The notes: generated by a model not told the origin, from the letters alone. A DNA stretch of 63,386 nucleotides, filler included, from Bonamia ostreae (GCA_040357525.1; 41 parts of 41 records of this genome joined end to end with filler, not necessarily neighbours in it); one strand, 5' to 3'. Positions 35,475 to 48,072 are shown, numbered from the whole stretch's first letter. Translations and numbers: made by a program.

Positions 35475-37506
35475 ATACTCATTTCAAAATTTTGAAATTT
35501 TACAAATGCATTGCTATTTTCGAATCAGAAATGATTATTTAAAATGTGTAGCAGTTGACCCTGATTATTTAGAAATGATTATTTTAAGATAAATGGGTAA
35601 ACGTGNNNNNNNNNNNNNNNNNNNNNNNNNNNNNNNNNNNNNNNNNNNNTTAATTAATTAANNNNNNNNNNNNNNNNNNNNNNNNNNNNNNNNNNNNNNN
35701 NNNNNAGAAAATGAAATCGGCGGCTATTTTTAACCACTGTTTAGGACTTTACATACCTACTAGAGTTTGACTGAAGTGAACACAGTATTAATGCAAAGTC
35801 GCTATTGAAAAACAGTTAATCACATGTTTATCTTTATGACAGAGGTTAAAACCAAGAAAGCACCGCGTTAAGCTAGCATTTCGAAAAACCGGGCTATGAT
35901 CGGTAAAACAATGTCAAATTACTTGTAGGTATGATACAACGCTAATACCCTTCAAACTCGCTAGTGTCGTGAGTGAACAGACATCTTTAAAAACCTGATA
36001 ACGTTTACATATGAGTAAATATTTCGCTAATGAATCCAACTAAAAGATTTATCTCATATACAATGACGGTCACGTGTTAACAAATTCAAATAATTACGTC
36101 AATTACGATGTGCATGTTTGTGATTTAAAGATAGCAAATTATTTGTTGCTATTTAGATAACATTTCCTTCTTCAGTGGAAATTTCACTATGAAGATGTTG
36201 TAATTGAAGATCATTAGTTGACTACCTTTAGATGATTTAGTATTCAATTAGGAAACTGTTTAATGTACCAGTCCGGGATTTTATATGTTACATCGTTGTT
36301 TGCACCACACTATTAATTGTAACAATTTCATGATATATTCTTTCTATTCCGTTACTGATTGTATCCTCCAAAACAAACAGGGAATACAAGCATTCTGCAT
36401 GCCAGCCAAACAAGAATGCTACGTATCCAGTTTGAATACAACTATATATCCAAATGCTGGTAGAATGATGGAGGGATTCGCACATGTGTGGGTACGTACC
36501 AGAAACAAAGGAGGACGTGAGAGAAAGAGAAGTAGAAATAGTTTTATGTGTAACAATTTTGTGCCTTTATATTTTGGGGAAATATTTTGTATATCAGTTT
36601 TCGTGACGGCATACTAACTTTTGATTGTTAAAGTTCCGCTCAATTGCAGATACGATGTAATATACTCTTGTATAGTGTGGCGATAAGGTATCAAATTAAC
36701 ATATTATATGATATAATACAAGTCAAACGTCTGCATACAATTGTTTTATATTTTAGATAATGACTTCAAACCCCATTACATGTCATCCATTTTCTGCAAT
36801 TAGATAAATAATGAAATTGAAATATTTAATGCTTCGATGTATACCTTTCGACTTTCCTATAACTCTTCAGATTGTAATCAAACTTTGTTTAGAAATAATT
36901 CGTTTGCAAACTTGAAGGACTTATTTTGCCTGGTATTAACTTGCTCAGGCCGTTGTAAACAGGTGGTATTTGCCATTTCTAACGGAAAAATACATCTCAT
37001 GAACTTGATGGAAAATGTGAAAGCAACAATCAATATCCTAGAAACAATGTAAAATTGAAAACGAGGCAAAACAGACCCCTGGAAAGAACAAAAATATTAT
37101 TAGGTGACTACGGAGTGTAACCATCACGTAGTGTACACTCACACCGCCGCCANNNNNNNNNNNNNNNNNNNNNNNNNNNNNNNNNNNNNNNNNNNNTTAA
37201 TTAATTAANNNNNNNNNNNNNNNNNNNNNNNNNNNNNNNNNNNNNNNNNNNNTGCATTTCGTTCAAAGACGAAATCTTTGAAATTTCGATTTTGTTGATT
37301 TCTCCAGCAGAAATCTCAGACAATATTTTATCACCAAATATCGGTGTGTTGAGAATGTCGTATGGCAGATTAAATATAATTTTAATTATAACTTTCTACA
37401 ATTTATATTTTAAACGTTATCTTTTTTCGACATTATAATGAATGTGGTATATTCTTTAGTGTTTCCAAGTTTACGTTTCTTGAAAAATATAAACGGTTTT
37501 ATAAAT

Positions 37507-38340
37507 TTAACAAGCACATTCTAATGGTTGCCTGACAGGGTGCTTTAAAGATGAAGGTACTTTCAGTCTGTTTTGGAAGAAAAGGGGTGGAGTGGCACAG
37601 TAACTACGTACATTCAATAAATTCTTTATTCTTACAATTTCGTTATCGATCGGAAGTTTTAGAGGGAATATGTTTTCTAAGAGCTTTTCGGCAAAATCTC
37701 TTGTAACTGCGTACGCATGACTTTTATTATAAAGAATTAAGTTGGACGAAAAAGTTTGTACACATACAACAAATTAAAAACAGACAAAGAGGATTTTGAC
37801 AAAGCACCAGCCCGTGATAAATTTTGATGTCTTGGCAACAAACATCCCAACATCTTGCCAAATTCAACAGTCCCCAATCTGGAGGAAGATGTCGAAACAA
37901 ATTGTAAAATTGTTTTTGTAAATTTTTCAAATTCCCTTGAATACCCAGATCATCTTCGAAAATTACACATGTTTCAGCACTTTTATCTTTAAGAAACATT
38001 TTAAGAGTTTTTATATGTGAAAGTGCGCACGCGATTTCAGGAATACTAAGGGTTGTAGTTTTTCTTAATATCTTTTTCTCTACAAACAATTTGAATGGTA
38101 CTTTTTCGACAGTTTTCTTTATTTTTAAGACAAAATTTTGGTACACATGTTTTTCTTTCTAAACACATTTATTAGCATTTAACAAAAAATTACAAAAACT
38201 GTTAAAATGGCATCGACATAAATAGGATCTATTTCTAATTTTCTCATTTCTTTTTTTATATATTCTCTTCTTTCGGGAATGCTGATAACAAAAACTTTTG
38301 AAAAATAATTCTTCAACCAATTATACTTTTTATTGCCCAT
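37507..38340 (-). CDS. Glycosyltransferase family 25 protein (multi-exon; true start may lie upstream)
   Basis: KVFVISIPERREYI, EIACALSHIK, CVIFEDD, LPPDWGLLNL, HAYAVTRDFAEKLL, LPIDN, PPLFFQ. Confidence 0.88.
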
Positions 38341-38447
38341 TTTTACGGTTTTATCTATTCGCTTTTGATATGTCTTAACAGAAGTTTTACGTTTTTACAC
38401 AGAATAATTTTATTGGTTGATGTTTTTGACGTTTATTTTTTGTTTGT

Positions 38448-38696
38448 TTACGCCAATATTGTCATAAAAAAATATAAGAATTGAAATTTATTCGTGGAAA
38501 GATATGCCATATGTTCTTCAGATTTATGGTTTTCTGAATTGTAAAAATTATTCTGATGTGTTTGGTTTTCTGTTGGTCTCAAAATTCTGCAAAGATAACG
38601 TTCCTTGTAGAGAGGAGTAGTCAAATTAATTAAAATAATTATAACATTCAATACTACTGGTATGTATACCATAACTACCAAAATTGATCTGCTCAT
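38448..38696 (-). CDS. Signal-anchor ORF, possibly the type II TM exon of the GT25 gene
   Basis: MSRSILVVMVYIPVVLNVIIILINL. An in-frame splice to GT25 was not resolved. Confidence 0.4.
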   Translation of the reverse strand: MSRSILVVMVYIPVVLNVIIILINLTTPLYKERYLCRILRPTENQTHQNNFYNSENHKSEEHMAYLSTNKFQFLYFFMTILA

Positions 38697-40345
38697 AAAN
38701 NNNNNNNNNNNNNNNNNNNNNNNNNNNNNNNNNNNNNNNNNNNTTAATTAATTAANNNNNNNNNNNNNNNNNNNNNNNNNNNNNNNNNNNNNNNNNNNNA
38801 AGACCCGTCAAGAAATATATACATTGTGGGTTGGCAGATCCCCCATGGAGACCTGTTTCAAAAAGGTCGACACGAAGAATGTCAAACTAAATGAATGGTC
38901 TGGGAAAATCTTACTCTCTTATCGAGAATAGCGAAAATCAAAGTACTGAGAGTACGGAAGCATGTTGTGGGGTACAAAAAAAAATGTAATTCATATTTGA
39001 TATGATAATCAGTAAAAATCATACACTTTTTAAGAGCAACCACTGTCTCAAATCAAATTATCGTCAATCCCCCAAAACTGTTAAATTTGGACTTAATAAT
39101 AATAATAATAATAAAAAGCTGGTTTTTGACCTTGATTTTCTTATCTGTCACAATCTATTAATGCTATTATTTCAAAGTATTTGTCATCATGAGATGAAGA
39201 ACATGACACTGAGAACAAAGCTCTAAAGCGTTTAGACTTAAAAACGAGTTTATTAAAACGCTTAAAAATGACAAAGTCTAAAATCACAGTTGTAGGGGGT
39301 GGGGGTCTTTATTATACATTCTCGATATATATGTATCCTCGTGAGGACAAGACAAAGAGTTTAGTTTAAATATCTTTTAAATCATATTAGTAAAATAAGA
39401 TTGTTGAGACAATTTTGTTCTCAGTATTTACCCGCCTAGGAAACGAACAGTTTTTAAGCAATGCTTATTCTCTCTTGTAGTTATTTTAATATGCCTTATA
39501 CCAATTTTTTTATGTTGACAAATCAAAAAACATGGTGAAATATTTTTTTAGGGATGAAAAGTAAACATTGTATTCCCCTAAAAATTGTCAAACTTTGGAA
39601 TAGGGAAATTTTCTGCGAGCCATAAAAATGCTTTTTGTCTCCAATTTTCTTATTTATTACAATATATTAATGTTTCAGATCATAAGTTTTGACTCCATGA
39701 TATTAACAAAATGACACCCTGAAGAAAACTCAAGGTAGAAAAATAAAACTTTTAAACCCCATTTTCATTAAAAAGCTTGAACATAACGAAGTCTAAAATC
39801 ACATTTGTAGGGAAGAAATCTTTACTATACACTCTACATGAAATTATATTAACAAAGATTTTAGTATAAGTATCTTTTAAAAATATTAATAAAGAAATAT
39901 TTAAGGTGTTTCGCTACTGATATAATTAAAAATATTTCAAACATAATTCATCATTTTAGACCGAAAATCCACATGTGCAGGACTTACTCTTTAAGATGTA
40001 GCGTTCTGTATACAAGGGACATAATTGTCAAAGATTTAGAGAGAAACATTAAAAAGAAAAATCAATTTTAGCCAACGAAATCTTCTCAATTTGTTTTCAA
40101 TTTTTGTAATCCTTTTTAAAAAGTGACAGGAAACTGAAATATTGATACAATAATCATGTAATTCGCTGAAAATTAAAAAGAAAATTTAATGTATTTATTT
40201 TCTTGGAATGTTCTTGGCAGACTGATTTTGACCACGGATGGCTCCNNNNNNNNNNNNNNNNNNNNNNNNNNNNNNNNNNNNNNNNNNNNTTAATTAATTA
40301 ANNNNNNNNNNNNNNNNNNNNNNNNNNNNNNNNNNNNNNNNNNNN

Positions 40346-41791
40346 TGTTTTTTAAATAAATTGAAATTTGTTTTTTACAAAATAGTTTTTTATAAACTTC
40401 TTTAGCGACATGTTTAGAATCGCTTTCAAAATTTTCGAGCAGTTTCAATATAATTTTAACAATCGATTTGGCGTGATCGGATTCAGAACGGAAAATCGGT
40501 CTCGTGATGTCCGTAACGAGCGCAACGAATTCATTTGAAACATTGAGATTAATCAAAAATGTTTCTAAATTTAAAATTTTGCAACTTGCTTTATCGATTA
40601 TGAAATTTCTATTCGATTCGTCTTTGAAATCCAAATATTTGCATATTCCCAATAATTGCTCTTTTTTGTTAAAAAAAATTTGTTTTGGCAAATTTTTGGA
40701 ATAATTGAAAAACTAAAAATAAAGTGATTTGAAATGTTGTCCTCGAGTGTTTTGGCAAAATCTCTCGGGTTAATCAAAACAGAATCCAATTTTGTCCAAT
40801 TTATTGGCTAAATTTTAAGTTTAAAACTTTCTGTTTGTTTATTTGAGCGCAAATGATTTTCCAGAGAAAAGCTTTTTCGTTATCGACTTCGCCAGTAAAA
40901 GGCGGGTTCGATTTTGTGTCCATTTCATGTTTTTCTGCAATGTGTTCTGTTATTATGGTCGCGTCAGTTTCATTTTCTTCCACATCGATCAAACTCAAAA
41001 ACTTCAAATTGCGATTTTTAGGCCAAAATTTGGTTTTTGAAATCGCGATTTGGAAAAATGAATAAAAGTTTAAATTTGACTCAAACAAACTTCTAAGACA
41101 GAACCACAAGAAGGAAGCCAGAAATTTAGCAACATGTCAGAGCATTCCTTTCGAACATCTTCGTTTCGATCGCGAAGTCCGTTTCGCAGAACGTTGTTCC
41201 GCTGCGATATCGATAGACTTTTAATCCCAAGTTTCTCTTTCATCAACGTATAAGCGCTTCCTTTTTGACCAAAATTTCGATTTTAATTTATTCAAATTTT
41301 GCAATTTAAATCTGTGCAATCAAAAATGGAAAAAGCAAAATTTTGCAAAAGTAAATTTAAGGGACTTCGGACCAACTCGGATGAATCTCTTGTTCTTGTC
41401 AAGACATCCGGCAACGTTTTGTTGATGATCCCTATATTTCTTAAACAAGCTTCTCGGACTTTTTTGCTAGGGTCGCCAGTCAACATTTTGTTGAGACGGG
41501 AAGTTATTTTGTCGTTTGGGTCTTGGGGCTGTTGCAACCTGGAAAGGGACGCGATTGCTTGGAGTCTTACGGTGTCCAACGGGTCCTTTAAAAGAGGATA
41601 AACGCTTTTGAACAGAGCGTTGTAGACCGTTTCGCTGTTTTTATTCAAATTTAGATTTTTTATTAAAGTTTTTTCACCTCAATGCAAAATCGTCTGGAAG
41701 GTCGTTAAGGACGACTCCAATTAGTTCCAATGAGCGTAATTTGGGAGTTTTGTTTGAACATTTTGTGAATTTTAGACAAAATCTATTTTTA
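40346..41791 (-). CDS. NCAPG: Condensin I HEAT subunit CAP-G (partial, multi-exon)
   Basis: LKDPLDTVRLQAIASLSRLQ...DPSKKVREACL...TLPDVLTRTRDSSELVRRSAY...GLRDRNEDVRKEC. Confidence 0.92.
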
Positions 41792-41891
41792 NNNNNNNNN
41801 NNNNNNNNNNNNNNNNNNNNNNNNNNNNNNNNNNNTTAATTAATTAANNNNNNNNNNNNNNNNNNNNNNNNNNNNNNNNNNNNNNNNNNNN

Positions 41892-42095
41892 TCCACATGA
41901 TTTTACCATATCTTCTATCTCACACTTATAAAGATCACATCTCTCTTTCTTAAAATTATAGTAAGGACATGGATCAATACATAGCTCCAGGCTATCAAAA
42001 TACTTTAAGGGAGTATAGCAATATATTCCCATTGGGATATTATAAATTATTTCCCTTCTCTTCTTAAAACTCAACTTCTTCTTAAATAATTTCAT
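41892..42095 (-). CDS. Phage-type Cys-rich hypothetical protein (3' partial)
   Basis: IPMGIYCY...CPYY...C...DMVKSCG pattern, recalled from small hypothetical proteins of large phages; intronless. Confidence 0.6.
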
Positions 42096-42128
42096 AGCAA
42101 TAAGTTACGAAAAAATCACGACATATCA

Positions 42129-42158
42129 TTGCTTCTTTTGTATTATTTTATACTTTTG
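42129..42158 (+). promoter_or_regulatory. Bacteroidota-type sigma-A promoter TTG-N19-TAnnTTTG
   Basis: TTG 42129-31 and TACTTTTG 42151-58, then an A-rich leader without Shine-Dalgarno to ATG 42172. Confidence 0.6.
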
Positions 42159-42171
42159 AAAGAAAAAAAAT

Positions 42172-42543
42172 ATGGAAGATGAAATAAGAAAACAAGTAAT
42201 GAAGAAGATGCTAAAGATATTTATTCTTTGGCAACAAATGGTGTTACATGATACATTTTTGTGTTGTGCCCTTGGTTATGTAACAAATGTAATATCTTAT
42301 TATTCTAAGATAGCTGGATTCATTATAGGAGTAATACTTTGTATTGGTTTTATACATGCAGGGAATAGGAGAATAAGAGATAAGTTTACTGTTGTATTAG
42401 CTCTTAATGTAATTGGATATTGTCTTCTCATTGATATGTTCATCTTTTTCCATCAACCTTATCTAGATCATTCAAATATACTTGTGAATGCTACAGGATT
42501 ATTGTTAGGATTATTTAAATCAAAAGTTAAAGATTATAAATGA
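42172..42543 (+). CDS. Hypothetical multi-pass membrane protein (phage/bacterial)
   Basis: 123-aa intronless ORF with 3-4 hydrophobic segments. Confidence 0.7.
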   Translation: MEDEIRKQVMKKMLKIFILWQQMVLHDTFLCCALGYVTNVISYYSKIAGFIIGVILCIGFIHAGNRRIRDKFTVVLALNVIGYCLLIDMFIFFHQPYLDHSNILVNATGLLLGLFKSKVKDYK

Positions 42544-42556
42544 TTTTATACTTTTC

Positions 42557-42586
42557 TTGGTTTTATTGTATTTTTGTATATCTTTG
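42557..42586 (+). promoter_or_regulatory. Bacteroidota-type promoter TTG-N19-TATCTTTG upstream of a noncoding structured tract
   Basis: TTG 42557-59 and TATCTTTG 42579-86; no ORF of 60 aa or more follows until 43199. Confidence 0.55.
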
Positions 42587-42590
42587 TAAA

Positions 42591-43075
42591 AGTATTTAGA
42601 ATGTTTTAGTTAATATCATTCTTTGAATCCGTTAGTTCTGGAGGTTAAGGATGAGCTGTGGACAAAACAAGTCTGTTAAAAATGTTAATTAACAGACTTG
42701 TAAGTCCATAGTTGTTCCGTCGGAATCGGAATCGCATACAGGAGGATAGTTATACAAGTCTATGAAGAATCACTATCTCTTATCTTATGTTTTTCTTGTG
42801 CCTCAAACGATTAAATGCCTCTGGTTTTATCACCACTTGACTACGACCCAAAAATTTATTCCTTCACAAAAAGACCGCAACGAAGAGACACTACTCTCAT
42901 ACTACAACAATGGTAATGACAAGCGAGGCTTTTATATTTAGGTTCGTGAGCAGACCCTATATTTATTCTCTATTATAAAAGTAAGGAAAGTTTTACTGTG
43001 TTCAAAATCAGCACATTAAAGCGTGAACATATTATATAAGAAGTAAATTATACGATGTTATACTACTTCTTATTA
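42591..43075 (+). ncRNA. Candidate structured noncoding RNA, family unknown
   Basis: Several stems, including a long 42649-42718 hairpin with G-U pairs on the + strand. Locally higher GC; preceded by a promoter-like element. Confidence 0.4.
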
Positions 43076-43198
43076 TCTTTGATTATTTTATACTTACAAT
43101 GTATACATTGTCCTAAAATAGGACAATAAAAATATTTCAAAAAAAAGTAAAAAAAATGAAAATTTTTTTATCCCACTGCATTTTTATATATTTGTTAT

Positions 43199-43337
43199 AT
43201 GAAAGAAACTTTAAGAGGAGTAGCAAAATTATTAACCTGTTGGTTAGGAATTGTATTGATATGTTTAGGAGTATGGGGATTTATTTATGACTTTAATCCA
43301 CTGTGTTTTTTAAATAGAAAGATGTATCTTTGGTGTT
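43199..43337 (+). CDS. Small membrane protein (3' partial), phage/bacterial
   Basis: TM LLTCWLGIVLICLGVWGFIY; a TATATTTG box at 43187-94 lies immediately upstream. Confidence 0.55.
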
Positions 43338-44982
43338 NNNNNNNNNNNNNNNNNNNNNNNNNNNNNNNNNNNNNNNNNNNNTTAATTAATTAANNNNNNN
43401 NNNNNNNNNNNNNNNNNNNNNNNNNNNNNNNNNNNNNAATTGTCACTTATTAATATAATGCTAAACAAAATTGGTTTTTTTTAAAATGCCAGTTTTCTTT
43501 TTCAATTTTTTTTGCTAATGGAATTTTAATTCAATCCCCAGAATTTTCATTTAAAGCTTTTTCTCATACACCAAAAAAAAATTGGTTTAAATTGGTTTTT
43601 TAAAAATTGTTGGTCCGGCCCCCCCCCCCCCCCCCCCCAATTAAAAGAATTTAGTCTGTAACGTTTTGCATCAGATCAGGTCTTACGGGTTTTGATTGCT
43701 ACACTGTAGTATATTAAGCAATGAAAATGATCTCTTTGCAATGGCTGTGTCCAATACAATGAAAGGCAACCATCATAGTGTGGGTGCCCCATTGAGCGAT
43801 ATCATCTATTATATAAGTCTCTGATTTGATTAAAATATCATTCTAATATGATGATCTACTTGTTAAGGGGTGGAGCTGAATGCCCTGCTTTGAAACATTT
43901 TGTATCTTACTAAATCAGTAGTAGTTTGTCAAACACTCAAGCGGGTAGTGTGCCCTTTTTATTTTTCGCATTTCCCTCTCTCACTGAAACGGATAGCGTT
44001 TCGTACAACACACGATACTCATTGTCGGTATCGCCAGGACAGGATACACTCCCGCAAATGTATCCGATTTACACTCCAGCTTTCTTCTAACGCGAAAATG
44101 TGATGAATTATCAAATGATGTTCGGCTCGCCCATACCACTACAGTTACATGTAAAACATTTATTACTTATACCTGCTTACTATTTTTTTGTTTTTTGAAT
44201 TTCCGTAAGGTCTCACTTCCTTGATTTGATTTAAATATGANNNNNNNNNNTGTTTTTGTGTTCTATTAATTTGATCACAATTAGATTGAATTTTAAAAAT
44301 CGACATTTCATTAAGACGATTGTAAGATATTAATTGTTTTCGTGCAGTATCTTCTTTAAGACTAATTAAAGAATCTGTTCATTGATGATTATATATGTAG
44401 TATTTATGCATATGTAGTTTAGTACAAGTAACAACAAAAATAATCATAAGAAAGAAGAAAGGGGGGGGTTAGAAAGAAATGCGTATTTTATCATTATCTA
44501 TTATTATTTTGTGTATTCCCATAACTTCGTTTCGTTTACTTACTTGCATTATCATAGAGTTATCGAACTTTGGTTTATTTGCAAAACAACATCGTCATCA
44601 TCATGTATACACCTGTGGAAGATCTAGAGCGAGGCTATGTGGATTGCACTACCACCCTCCCCCGCCTTCTCCACTCCCTATTGCTTGAACATTTTGAATA
44701 AAGATTGTCACTGTTGCCATTTTTTAGTCTTCAATTATCCCTCAATTCTGGACTAAAAGGTTCAAACCTGAGATGAGCCCCATACTGATCGGTGGCTCAG
44801 TGGTTCAAACAGCTATTGACTTCGTGATGACATCAGACATAAGACGCAGAAATACGTAGTGATACTCAGCGCCTGCCCATGTNNNNNNNNNNNNNNNNNN
44901 NNNNNNNNNNNNNNNNNNNNNNNNNNTTAATTAATTAANNNNNNNNNNNNNNNNNNNNNNNNNNNNNNNNNNNNNNNNNNNN

Positions 44983-45268
44983 TTTATTAAACGGCGAAAT
45001 TTAATTTTATAAATCGAAAAAAAAAATTAAAACACAAAAAGCCAAAATTTTTATAAAACAAAATTTTGTTTTCAAAATCATCAAAATGGCGCGGAATATC
45101 GTTCAAATCGTCAAAATTAGTTCTAAGCGCGCCTTTATCTATAACCATTTCTTCGTTACCAAATCCGCTATTTAAAAAGAAAATGTACAAATATCCGACC
45201 AAATAACAAATCCACGAATACTTATTAGCCGCGGCAACAATTTTCCTGACAAAACTGTTATGCGCCAT
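44983..45268 (-). CDS. GPAA1: Probable GPI-transamidase subunit Gaa1, N-terminus
   Basis: Basic N-terminus, TM ICYLVGYLYIFFL, then MVIDKGAL resembling the TYxSENAL motif. Confidence 0.5.
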
Positions 45269-45337
45269 TTATCGATTTTTGTACAACTTTTGCTAATTAA
45301 TTTAAAATTGCTAATTTGCAAAAATTGTTTTTCTAGT

Positions 45338-46427
45338 TTATTTAATGGTTGATTTGATAGCCCATTTTTCTATTCCGCTTCTAAGTCGGGTCAACTCGCT
45401 GTTGCCTCCCACAATCGGTTTTATCCACGCCATTTGAAGCGTTCGCGAGATGCTGTCGATTCTTCCTCTCACCAAATCCTCGCACATCAAGTCAAGAACC
45501 ATTTCTTCGACCTTTTAAAATTTTAACTTCGAAAAACATATTAACTTCGAAAGCATTTAGAACTAATTTATAACAGGTTAACAAAGCCATTTACAAAATA
45601 AGATTAAAACATATTGATATAAATTTAAGGCTCTAAAAATCCGATATTTATAAAAGCTCGAAAATTAATGTCTTTGAAAAGATTCAAAAACATCTTTCTC
45701 TGGCAATTTGCAATGATTGGAAATTTCCGCCAAACTAACGACGTTTTGCTTTTGAGCAACTTTGTTAGCGCAGATTCGAAGGAAAACGACTTTTCTGATT
45801 TTTTGCATCAAAATATCAGAATTTTTGTTTGCAAAGTCGTTTTCGTTTTCCTTTTTGGTTTTATTGGAAAACTTGGTCGTTGAACAGTGCCGCTTCAAAT
45901 TTTTCAATGTCGCATTCATTCATCGCTTTTAAGGCGACGTAGAGCCATTTTTCGGCGGTTTGTTGCAAATCCGTGATAATCGGGTGATTTATCTAATTTT
46001 TACTTGAATAGACCAGTTTTTCGGGAGCGTAGATTTTTCCAACCAAAGCAGCTTTACAAATGTCTGTTCCTAAAATAAGTCGATCATTTGGTCTTAGACT
46101 TTCGATATCTTCATAGCGAAGATAGGATAAAGCGGTTTCATAGAACTCGGTGGACATATCGTAATGCTATTTGTGAATAACCTAACTTTGTAGAATTCCA
46201 TTCGAACGCGATAGAAATAAGCTTTGGTGGGATTTTTGAAGTCTTGGAGATGTTTGGACAAAGTCTGACTAGTTTCATGCAAATGTTCGTCGACAAAGTT
46301 GAAATCGGTGGTTAAAAAATCGATTTTAATATCTGTGACTTCGATCAAAAATAACGCTTCAGGACTGTGTTTTATTGCTGGTTGGATTTTGTCTATGAAC
46401 GATGTTTTAAATTCTTGCACTGTGGAA
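45338..46427 (-). CDS. PSMD13: 26S proteasome lid subunit Rpn9 (5' partial)
   Basis: EFYETALSYL, AALVGKIYAPEKL-INHPI, LMQKIR and PCI VEEMVLDLM...LVRGRID...WIKP. Introns include 46167-46186 (20 nt) and 45993-46013 (21 nt). Confidence 0.9.
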
Positions 46428-48072
46428 NNNNNNNNNNNNNNNNNNNNNNNNNNNNNNNNNNNNNNNNNNNNTTAATTAATTAANNNNNNNNNNNNNNNNN
46501 NNNNNNNNNNNNNNNNNNNNNNNNNNNTAATATATTTTATCTTATATGTGCAGAACATGATATTTTTTCTAGATTTCATAGCACCTTGGGCCTAGCTTTA
46601 GTGATACTTGTAACAAATATTCAAGTGGCCAGTGAGGCCTGTTGATCTCTTGTCTTCCTAATGCACCACCTTCGCCGATTGTATGATATATTTCTATTGG
46701 ATCGGAAATGACGATATGGGAATTTACCCAACGAAGAACTATATCGTCTGACAAATATGCAATCTTCTGCTGTTTTCTCTCAATGATATCTTATACAGAT
46801 TGTATCACCTTATCCTAAGAATACACAAAGATAACAATGTAACTGAATATTCCTAATCTTATTTTTTGAAAAAGTCAAATTAGTCTCCTTTGACCTTTAA
46901 ACAATGATTGGGTACTGACAAATCAATTTTCGGAAGCAATATGACTGTAACAATTTATATGATATTCCATAAGTCATATACTACCATTTCAATCAACCAT
47001 AGGTTTTTTCTTCATTGCAATGAAAAATAATATCAAATGAAGCTAATCTCTATTACTAATAACATTTTCACCGCACGAAAATCTTACCCGGAACTACTTT
47101 ATACCCCTCTTGTAATTTTGTTATTTTCTTCAGCGTATTTAATGTTCCGTAGTTGGATTATTGATTTGTTTCCTATTTCACTTGTATTTCGATATTGAGA
47201 TATTAGGCCTATAAAAACTTACAGGTCTCCTTCTAGAAATAAATTTCACATCAAATCATGTAGGTATAATACATAACTTGTTGTTTCAAATAAGAGGGGC
47301 TACGAACAAATCCTTATTATCAATGCTATTTACTACACTTGACATGCTTTAAACGAAATATGATTTACAAATATTTTGAAGAAAATAATTTAGAGCAATG
47401 GGAAAATGTTCATATATTCTCCATCGATTTGCCTTTTGATGCTCCTTAAAGAATGATAAAATATCATTATCTATTTGCAAAATAGGTAAACACGTGAACG
47501 AAATCGTCTTTTCACTGTTCTTTATACCTGTTTTAGCATATTCCTTCTTAAAAACTTTTTGAGATTTGGGGTCATGATAATTACAAAGTTAAGAAGTCGC
47601 TGTGTATTTGTATGCACATTACATGTTGTCAGACTCTTTATAAGATTTTTCTTAATCAAAAGTATCAATGATTAGCAAAATGTGTTTTTGAATAGCATTA
47701 CTAATTGTTCCATAATTGATCAGTGTTTCTATCTAAACAATATCAGTAATGAGATAATGAACAATAGGTAGAAAAATGTAGTCGGGGATCAAATTATGTC
47801 ATATGTGGAGAGTACATTCTTTTTGTGTCATATTTAGTCTACTATACTCTACCTTGTGATTTGATTATGATCTCTACCTGAAGGATGTTCCTAAAGTTGA
47901 TTTTTACATATGCACTAATGTGTGTAGGAGCAGTGGATCCCACAGGGTCTGAGGGAGTGGGGTCAGGAGTCTNNNNNNNNNNNNNNNNNNNNNNNNNNNN
48001 NNNNNNNNNNNNNNNNTTAATTAATTAANNNNNNNNNNNNNNNNNNNNNNNNNNNNNNNNNNNNNNNNNNNN

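Noticed and set aside
42800-42820. CCTCAAACGATTAAATG resembles a group I intron R element
   Set aside because: No matching S element (GATATAGTC/ATAATC-like) downstream and no interrupted host gene.
42982-43000. AAGGAAAGT resembling the RNase P RNA P4 5' strand; AGG...AGCAG near 42940 resembling SRP helix 8
   Set aside because: The complementary 3' P4 element and the correct SRP spacing are absent.
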